DNA from: an uncultured virus (IMG/VR IMGVR_UViG_2875450446_000004)
Lineage: Duplodnaviria; Heunggongvirae; Uroviricota; Caudoviricetes
Reading direction: 5' to 3' (one strand)
Length of the DNA: 64,000 nucleotides
Virus record (IMG/VR): IMGVR_UViG_2875450446_000004
A program made the translations under genes and the position numbers. Positions 57,491-64,000 of the stretch are shown piece by piece (position 1 is the first letter of the stretch; each line of letters begins with the position of its first letter). A model generated the notes under the pieces. The model ran no database searches. It saw nothing but the letters and a program-made list of their open reading frames with translations, and had not been told where the DNA came from.

Positions 57491-57849
57491 CACGCATTCA
57501 CCCCTTCGATTTTGATTCCGAGACGATTTAACGTACACTTAATAATGCGCCGGTACACCTCGTTTCGAAAAGACATTTCCGCTGGATACATTAGAGGGCC
57601 ACACTCGAAACTATCGTAAAACTCTCGCACACTCTCCTCCGGCGTCTTTTCGACTTCATATCCGTTGATTAATGCGGCCGCGAGCACTATTGTATAGAGG
57701 CTATTTAGCGGTTCATACTCATTAAACCACCTATTTGCCACGTGATGTTCTAATATATCGTCTTCAGTCCAATCGTTACCATCCGACATTAGAAACTGGA
57801 TAGCCTCCGCCTGCTCCTTCGTAATTACCGGCTTGTTTATTTCGCTCAT
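57490..57849 (-). CDS. Hypothetical phage protein
   Basis: ITKEQAEAI...ALINGYEVE motif. Confidence 0.6.
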   Translation of the reverse strand: MSEINKPVITKEQAEAIQFLMSDGNDWTEDDILEHHVANRWFNEYEPLNSLYTIVLAAALINGYEVEKTPEESVREFYDSFECGPLMYPAEMSFRNEVYRRIIKCTLNRLGIKIEGVNA

Positions 57850-58023
57850 CTATTCGTCCTCCCTCGCGAGAATATCGTACGCATACAGTTGTATATTGAA
57901 ACGAACAAGGCCGCTTCCGTCCGATTGTATCTGTGACCCCTTTACGTGAAATCCTTTTTGCGCAAAATGGTCTCGGAGAATCTTCTCGATTTCGTCGTCT
58001 AAAAGGCTGATTGTAACGTTCAT
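57850..58023 (-). CDS. Hypothetical protein (57 aa, not in ORF track)
   Basis: AAGGAGG RBS; ATGA-coupled. Confidence 0.6.
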   Translation of the reverse strand: MNVTISLLDDEIEKILRDHFAQKGFHVKGSQIQSDGSGLVRFNIQLYAYDILAREDE

Positions 58024-58268
58024 CGTTCGCCCTCCTTTAATTCGCGCATTAGTAGTCCGTGCAATGTGGTGACGGTATGACGCTGATCAGCCGAAAGATT
58101 CTCCGGAAGTTTCATCGGAATCACGCCCGGTTCTGATGGCTGTCGCTCAGATCTGACGTAGAGGTCGGCCGTAAGTTCCTCCGCTTCCTCAATCGTGTGT
58201 TTCAGCCGCTCGTTTTCCGCAATTAATTTTGCTACAGTACAGCGCAGGCCTGTGATTTCGTCTGTCAT
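58020..58268 (-). CDS. Hypothetical protein
   Basis: AAGGAGG RBS; ATGA-coupled. Confidence 0.6.
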   Translation of the reverse strand: MTDEITGLRCTVAKLIAENERLKHTIEEAEELTADLYVRSERQPSEPGVIPMKLPENLSADQRHTVTTLHGLLMRELKEGER

Positions 58269-58600
58269 TTTAGCGCCTCCTTTGCGTGTAAATTTATTTC
58301 GTATAGCTCAGTAATCGGAACTAAATCGACTGGTTCTTCGGGAAGCTCCGACTTCGATTCGATTAATTTCAGCGCCTTCTTCAACCGCTCGTTTTCCGCA
58401 ATCAATCCGGCAACGGCACAACGCAGGTCTGCGACTTCTTTAGCTTCCGGAAACAGATCGAACGTCGTCAACTCCCGCTCTGATCCGTCTTCCTCCTGGA
58501 TAAACACGCCGCCCTCTCCCGGAGCAACTTCCCGCACCTCAATTCCGAGTTCCTTTGCGTCCTGGATAATGCGGTCTCTATCGAATTTTGGAACGATCAT
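58265..58600 (-). CDS. Hypothetical protein
   Basis: GGGAGG RBS. Confidence 0.6.
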   Translation of the reverse strand: MIVPKFDRDRIIQDAKELGIEVREVAPGEGGVFIQEEDGSERELTTFDLFPEAKEVADLRCAVAGLIAENERLKKALKLIESKSELPEEPVDLVPITELYEINLHAKEALK

Positions 58601-58612
58601 TTTAACGCCTCC

Positions 58613-59116
58613 CTAATAATAGAATCCTCCGGACCGGCAACTGTGAAGCTCGAAATGTTCGTCTACAATTACGTCAGTGCCCTCGATGGGATTACCGAAG
58701 GGGTTATACATCGCAACAAGCAGCTCGGTTCCGTCCTTGAGTCCCAAAACGAACTCCCTTGTCAAGGTATTCTGGAAGACTTCGAATCCTTCTCCTCGAC
58801 GGATTAGCACGACTCTTTCTTCGTTTTCTATTCCGAAGTAGTCGTTCTTTGCCTTTACGTAGATACTATCGGGGCCGCCCCGTCTTTCCATAACTGCTGC
58901 GTCTGATTTAGCGCACTCACTTATAAAATCCTTAACGGTTTCAAACTGCCTTTCGTCCTGTCTGCGATAAAGACATTCGTTAACAAATCGCCGGGATATC
59001 GCAGACATTCGCAGGATGAATTCCTCAGCGTATTTTAAACGCTCATTCTCCCGTTTAAGGCTCCGAAGTTCTTCCGCAATCTCTTTCGTCATCCTTTCGT
59101 AATCTTTCTCCGCCAT
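58613..59116 (-). CDS. Hypothetical protein
   Basis: GGAGG RBS. Confidence 0.6.
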   Translation of the reverse strand: MAEKDYERMTKEIAEELRSLKRENERLKYAEEFILRMSAISRRFVNECLYRRQDERQFETVKDFISECAKSDAAVMERRGGPDSIYVKAKNDYFGIENEERVVLIRRGEGFEVFQNTLTREFVLGLKDGTELLVAMYNPFGNPIEGTDVIVDEHFELHSCRSGGFYY

Positions 59117-59155
59117 TTTTCCGCCTCCATTCCGTGTATTTTCGCCCTTCCAACG

Positions 59156-59485
59156 TCATCCCTTACGATTACCCTCGATCGTCAGCAAAGCCGCTAATTC
59201 CCCGCGAAATTCCCGTATAATTCGTGCGAGCTCTTCCAGCGTCTTGGCGTCCGATAATTTAATCCGCCGATCCATGACGAACATGATTGCGCGATCAACC
59301 GATGAGAAGTACGCGATCTCTCGCCAACGTGCGATCGGTGACGGATCCAGGTCGGGATTTTCGGCGAGCCGCTTCGTCCAGTTCGGCGCTTTCGTTGGAT
59401 CGGTGAAATAGCGTTCATTGACGATGATATTGCGTTCGTCTGACGTGAGTTTGTAATCGGGGGAAATCGGGATTTCAATCGTCAT
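59156..59485 (-). CDS. Hypothetical phage protein
   Basis: YKLTSDERNIIV motif; coupled start. Confidence 0.6.
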   Translation of the reverse strand: MTIEIPISPDYKLTSDERNIIVNERYFTDPTKAPNWTKRLAENPDLDPSPIARWREIAYFSSVDRAIMFVMDRRIKLSDAKTLEELARIIREFRGELAALLTIEGNRKG

Positions 59486-59673
59486 TACAACATCGCTCCT
59501 CTCGATTTGATAATTTCAAGCGCCTGGTCTTCGGTGAAGCCTGCGCGGATAAGGGCGTCTTTTCCTTTTCGCATCAGAACCGCGTTTAGTTCGACTTGGC
59601 GGGCGACAAGCTCCATATTTTCGAGGAAAAATTCGATGGACGACTTCAGGTCATTCGTTTGTACTTCCGTCAT
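59485..59673 (-). CDS. Hypothetical protein
   Basis: ALIRAGFTEDQALEI motif. Confidence 0.6.
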   Translation of the reverse strand: MTEVQTNDLKSSIEFFLENMELVARQVELNAVLMRKGKDALIRAGFTEDQALEIIKSRGAML

Positions 59674-59998
59674 CTTCGTCAGCTCCTTCGTTATTAATTT
59701 GATTGAGAAAGTCGCGAATAGGTCGCATCGGAACTTCGCTCAGTCCGAACACACCACCAAACAGCACCGAGTTTATTTTCTGCCCGTGATTCCGCATTAG
59801 CTTTCCGATACCAAACTCCGGACTGCACGGGCATTTCGGGTCACTACAGTACCTAAAGTCGTTAATATATTGCGTAGCGTGTACGATTAGCTCTAAGAAG
59901 ATAATTCGAAGCTCATCCTTATCAGGGCCGTCGTATCCGCACATAAACTCGTTTTGGTAAATTTCGATCATACCCTTGAGAATCGTCTTATCATTCAT
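59651..59998 (-). CDS. Hypothetical protein
   Basis: First ORF after the 60000-60200 non-coding region. Confidence 0.55.
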   Translation of the reverse strand: MNDKTILKGMIEIYQNEFMCGYDGPDKDELRIIFLELIVHATQYINDFRYCSDPKCPCSPEFGIGKLMRNHGQKINSVLFGGVFGLSEVPMRPIRDFLNQINNEGADEDDGSTNE

Positions 59999-60132
59999 AC
60001 TTTCGCAATCCCTTCCGTTTATTAATAAGACCTAGCAATCGTTCGCATTCGCTCACTCTTGCAGATGTTATTTATCGCGATACATCTTTTAATAAAGAAT
60101 ATCCGCGCGAATGTATATGAGCGCTATTATTT

Positions 60133-60172
60133 AATTGAGTATAGATAATTGAGTATAGTAAATGAGTATAGT
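60133..60172. repeat. Three tandem iteron-like repeats (TGAGTATAG core)
   Basis: AATTGAGTATAGAT AATTGAGTATAGT AAATGAGTATAGT next to an AT-rich stretch. Confidence 0.7.
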
Positions 60173-60205
60173 TCGTCTGTCGTTTGAGCAAGGGACGGGT
60201 TCACC

Positions 60206-60559
60206 TCATGAACCCCCGGCTTCATTTTCGAATGCTTTCGGGATCGGTAGCAGTACGTACAGGTTCGATAATTGTCCGCTCTCCTTACTCCTTCTTTCGC
60301 GAATGTCGATCAACCCAACATCCTTCAACTTACGCAAAGCCTCCCGGACCGTATTCTCCGAACAGAAACACTCGGCTGCCAACGTCTTGACCGAAGGAAA
60401 CGACTGCTTGCTGTGATTGTCCGCGTGCATCGACAACATCGTATAAACGAGCTTTTGCGCACTCTTGTCGAGAATCTTGACGTCAGCTAACACGCTGCTC
60501 GCTACTTGCGCGAATTTGTGCTCGCGTAAATCCAAAACGCCTCGCTCTTCGTTTGTCAT
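60206..60559 (-). CDS. Winged-HTH protein resembling a phage replication-initiator N-terminus
   Basis: SFPSVKTLAAECFCSENTVREALRKLKDVGLI...SNLY. Confidence 0.75.
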   Translation of the reverse strand: MTNEERGVLDLREHKFAQVASSVLADVKILDKSAQKLVYTMLSMHADNHSKQSFPSVKTLAAECFCSENTVREALRKLKDVGLIDIRERRSKESGQLSNLYVLLPIPKAFENEAGGS

Positions 60560-60575
60560 TCGAAAACCTCCTATC

Positions 60576-61505
60576 TCAAGAAACATTCTCTATATTGATT
60601 TTCAAATTGGATAAAAATGCGTTAATTTTTTCAACTAAATCACTACGATGAATCTTTATAAGTTCAGGGATATATCGTGAAATATGAACAAGGGTGACGT
60701 TCGGAAAGCTGTATACCCCATCGGATTTTTGCGCATATATTATAGTTAGATTTTCCGTGTGCTTTAGGTACTTAGAGAAAGTCTTACTAGCCCGATTAAA
60801 TGCTGTTTTTTCGCTAAGCTTAGCGTCAATCCAATGTGTTCCGTTAACAATAAAATCTGGAATACAATTTTCAATTCTTCTCTGTGATTCAACGCGCCCA
60901 GGGTAAATCACATCCAAAACCTCCCCGACAAGCTCCTCGAATTTATGCCCTTGTGTAATATAAAAAGATGAGTATGAATCGTTGAACAGTTCGTAAGAAA
61001 AATCCCATTCTTCGCAAAGTTTCCTAACACTATGACCGTAGAAGTTGCGTAAATATTTTTCGACGTGCCATAATTTATGTTTATAGATGTAGTCTCTTTT
61101 CAAGCCGTAAGGAAATGTATCCCTAACATAGATGTCCAATGCTTCCCGTTCGAGGTTTTCAAGTAAAACTTTTTTGTATTGTTGGAATTTAATTTCCGAA
61201 ATTCCGTACAACTCTTTTAATTCTTCGGACTTATATCGATTCTCTGAGACACGATAGTCCTGGTCAATGTAAAAGCACCGCTCTAATTCAAGCCGTTCCG
61301 GCTCCGCTGTCTGATCATAAAGACCGTACGCCCTAAGTGCATTTTCTACGCTTCCAAACGCCCTACGTAATCGAGTTCTCACTGCATCGTACGAGTACGT
61401 ATTTGACAAGTGGATTTCCTGCCGTAGATTTGTGACGTCTATTCCTTCATCGATCAGGTCGTCTAAGACACACAACGCACGTTCTTGCTTTTCCGTTAGA
61501 GTCAT
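60576..61505 (-). CDS. Free-standing endonuclease-like protein with C-terminal PD-(D/E)xK domain
   Basis: RRAFGSVENALRAYGL repeat-like segment; GHKFE...IPDF...IDAK; AT-rich. Confidence 0.6.
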   Translation of the reverse strand: MTLTEKQERALCVLDDLIDEGIDVTNLRQEIHLSNTYSYDAVRTRLRRAFGSVENALRAYGLYDQTAEPERLELERCFYIDQDYRVSENRYKSEELKELYGISEIKFQQYKKVLLENLEREALDIYVRDTFPYGLKRDYIYKHKLWHVEKYLRNFYGHSVRKLCEEWDFSYELFNDSYSSFYITQGHKFEELVGEVLDVIYPGRVESQRRIENCIPDFIVNGTHWIDAKLSEKTAFNRASKTFSKYLKHTENLTIIYAQKSDGVYSFPNVTLVHISRYIPELIKIHRSDLVEKINAFLSNLKINIENVS

Positions 61506-61732
61506 CCGACCACCTCCTCACAAGATAATACCCGCGACTTTTTAAAACCGCACAATAAATTCGAAATTTTTCCGCCTTCACTTATAACTGCGCAACGACT
61601 TTCCGAAATGGACACCGTTTTTAAAATTTCGCTGTCATAGATAACTGCGAAGTCATTTCCGGAATGGCACACGTTTTTCTGCGTTCATTATTAGTTGCGT
61701 ATAAAGTTTCCGGATCGGACAGCGTTTTAGAC

Positions 61733-61761
61733 AAAAAAATAACCCGGCCAATCGGCCGAGT
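61733..61761 (-). terminator. Intrinsic terminator after integrase
   Basis: ACTCGGCC-GATT-GGCCGGGT followed by TATTTTTTT. Confidence 0.75.
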
Positions 61762-62820
61762 CTATTTGCGTCGCGTTTTTCGTTCCTTATTAAGTTTTCC
61801 AGTTATTTGTGCTAGAGGAGAATGTTTTTTATGTTGGGCTTTTAGCGACTGCTTTGACAAGTGAGTATATCGTTTCACCATTCGCATATCTGCGTGACCT
61901 AGAAGGGCTTGTAGGTGTCTTATATCTCCGCCATCCTCTAAAAACATCGTAGCGCCTGTGTGTCTTATCAGGTGTGGATGTACTCGTTTCTTTATGCCCG
62001 CTTTCTCCGCATAAGTATTTAGTCGCTGTCTGAAATGGTTTGTTGTCATTTTTTCTCCATAGTTTGTTAGGAAGACATAGTCACTATCAAAATCCTCATT
62101 TTCCTTAATTAATTCTTTTAAGAGGTTCATCGTCCTTTTTTCTAACGGGACAAATCTCCCTTTCCGTGTTTTGACGTCCCACGCGCTAAGATACACTGTG
62201 TCAGATGAGAAATCGACATTGTCCTCAGTTAACGACAATATCTCACCGACACGTGTCATCGAGTCGATTAAACAGGTTAACGCAACATAATCGCGAAACC
62301 CTACATACGAACGTTGATCCGGAATGGAAAGTAATTTCCGCATTTCATCCGGAGATAAGATATTGACCATCTCTTCCGGATCTGTCACCAATTTCGTCTC
62401 TTCGAAAGGATTTTCAGCCGCAGACCCTGCTTTTATACAAAAACGAAAAAACGTCCGCATAGTTTTTATGTAGTCGTTAACCGATTTCGGGGAGAGTCCG
62501 GGCGTCTTATGTTCGTCCTTCTTAAATTTATGGCCGTCGAATTTTACGCGCTCATGCAGGAGCCACGATACGAATCCGCGCGCAAAGTCAACGTCGATAT
62601 CTCGTATATCATCGCCTACACCGACCATCTTCGCGTACTCAAGTAAATAACGACAGGCACGCATATACCGATCTATTGTTTCGGGAGCCCTATTTTCCGC
62701 TCTCTTTGCGTCGCATAGTTTTTCAAACATCGTTGTTATCGAATAAATACCACTGCGTTTAGTCTTCGTTAAAGACCTTCCGTTTTTAACTCGCTTCCCC
62801 TTCCGTCGTTCTGAATGCAT
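61762..62820 (-). CDS. Tyrosine recombinase / phage integrase
   Basis: Catalytic set R (MTRVGE), K (VKT), HLIRH, LGH, Y (KRYTH). Confidence 0.95.
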   Translation of the reverse strand: MHSERRKGKRVKNGRSLTKTKRSGIYSITTMFEKLCDAKRAENRAPETIDRYMRACRYLLEYAKMVGVGDDIRDIDVDFARGFVSWLLHERVKFDGHKFKKDEHKTPGLSPKSVNDYIKTMRTFFRFCIKAGSAAENPFEETKLVTDPEEMVNILSPDEMRKLLSIPDQRSYVGFRDYVALTCLIDSMTRVGEILSLTEDNVDFSSDTVYLSAWDVKTRKGRFVPLEKRTMNLLKELIKENEDFDSDYVFLTNYGEKMTTNHFRQRLNTYAEKAGIKKRVHPHLIRHTGATMFLEDGGDIRHLQALLGHADMRMVKRYTHLSKQSLKAQHKKHSPLAQITGKLNKERKTRRK

Positions 62821-62964
62821 GAAAAAACCGCCTCCTAAATTCGTTTAGAAGACGATTGATAATCGATGCGCTACACTGTCGAATTTAGGTGCGTTACACT
62901 GCGATTAGTCATCGTGTAAGTCACCGTTTAGTCATCGTTGATATAGCGCTGTTTATTCGCAAGA

Positions 62965-63037
62965 TGGAGCATAGCGGGCTCGAACCGCTGACCTCTACAC
63001 TGCCAGTGTAGCGCTCTCCCAGCTGAGCTAATGCCCC
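62965..63037 (-). tRNA. tRNA-Ala(GGC), 3' CCA not encoded; probable integration target
   Basis: GGGGCAT/ATGCTCC acceptor stem with G3-U70, anticodon arm CTACA-CTGGCAG-TGTAG, T-loop GTTCGA. Confidence 0.95.
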
Positions 63038-63150
63038 GTATATTTGAGACATGATTTATTATAGATGGAATTTTGGAGAAAAGCAAGTGGTTTTTGATGT
63101 GAAAAAGAAAATGCTCTGTTAGCCGGCATTTTCTTTTTCACATAGACAAT

Positions 63151-64000
63151 CTATCGCTCTGATTTTTCAAAGCAGAACTGAGCAAACCTTTCAGACAAAT
63201 CCAGAATGTCTTCTTTCCTTGCCAAGGCAGTGATCCATTCTTCCGGGATGCTTTCCATTTGATCATACATTCCAGCCATCGTACCTGTAATAAAGGCAAT
63301 TGTATCGGTGTCTTCCCCCAGGTTCACTGCTTCCAATACAGCATCAGAATAACGGTCATAATTGAGGAAACACCACAATGCCGCTTCTAAAGAATGCACA
63401 ACATAGCCGTCTGACATGATGTCTTCTCTTTTAACAGTCGCAATGTCATCATTGAGTATCCTCTTATAGGCAGAAAACTCATTTTCATACTCGGTTCCTC
63501 TCAAATTCTCCAGACAAGAATGAACAGCTTGTTTATATGCCTCTTTAGGAGAATGATTAAATAAATTTATTAAGAATTCTATATAAATGATGCATCCCAG
63601 CGTAGATCGGGGATGACGATGTGTAATAAAGGCCCACCGTTCGATCTCAGCTTGCCTTTTTGAAAACTCGGATTCGTTCCATAGTGTAAAAGCCAACGGA
63701 GATATTCTCATCAATGCTCCGTTTCCATTATCAAACTCAGATGCTCCGCCGCATTGTACCATTGGAACGCCCCTTTTGAAGCGCTCGATTGCATCATCAG
63801 TGGCTCTGCCAATATCAAACATGGTGCCGTATGGAGTCCAGTAGCCTTCCCGATACGCAGCAAACTTTTTCATCAATTCAGTCTCATCTTTTTCTTCGAT
63901 CAAATTCTCCATTAAACACAAAGTGAGTGATGTATCATCTGACCATGTTCCAGGCGGTTGATTATAAGTCCCGTACCCTGTCATTCCAGTGATATTTAAG
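63151..64000 (-). CDS. Host ADP-ribosylglycohydrolase family protein (5' end outside window)
   Basis: WSDDT, GNGALMR, GEDTDT motifs. Confidence 0.9.
   Translation of the reverse strand, partial: LNITGMTGYGTYNQPPGTWSDDTSLTLCLMENLIEEKDETELMKKFAAYREGYWTPYGTMFDIGRATDDAIERFKRGVPMVQCGGASEFDNGNGALMRISPLAFTLWNESEFSKRQAEIERWAFITHRHPRSTLGCIIYIEFLINLFNHSPKEAYKQAVHSCLENLRGTEYENEFSAYKRILNDDIATVKREDIMSDGYVVHSLEAALWCFLNYDRYSDAVLEAVNLGEDTDTIAFITGTMAGMYDQMESIPEEWITALARKEDILDLSERFAQFCFEKSER

Larger units (their letters stand above)
1..62964. mobile_element. Temperate Bacillus siphophage prophage integrated next to tRNA-Ala(GGC); left boundary outside window
   Basis: Integrase, replication, nucleotide metabolism, packaging, head, tail and lysis modules in phage order; integrase abuts a tRNA 3' end; no second att copy seen in the window. 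Confidence 0.95.

Noticed and set aside
63151..64000. ADP-ribosylglycohydrolase as prophage cargo
   Set aside because: Lies on the host side of the tRNA and no partner gene is visible in the window

Overview
About 63 kb of this window is one temperate Bacillus siphophage (prophage), mostly encoded on the minus strand. Its right end abuts the 3' end of a host tRNA-Ala(GGC) at 62965-63037; its left boundary lies outside the window. A 5'-truncated host ADP-ribosylglycohydrolase gene follows the tRNA. Right to left the modules are: tyrosine integrase; early genes; DnaC-like loader, DnaB helicase and primase; a regulatory island (two XRE genes, AimR-like receptor, unannotated AimP-like pro-peptide ending DPVPGG, phage sigma factor); SSB, PolA and nucleases; nrdIEF with two HNH-carrying group I introns; dUTPase, ThyX, dNMP kinase; a modular C5 DNA methyltransferase; a small plus-strand island with a ligase; packaging, head, tail and lysis genes; and a terminal HTH/XRE/YolD block. 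Main observations missing from the ORF track: (1) an arbitrium-type peptide system whose downstream gene is a sigma factor; (2) a multi-TRD methyltransferase with nested starts and a 1-nt frameshift; (3) four genes apparently starting at ATC; (4) +1 and -1 frameshift products in the tail genes; (5) repeated promoter/operator motifs, a structured RNA candidate before terS and small membrane peptides. All protein calls come from motif recognition and synteny by eye; no database search was run.
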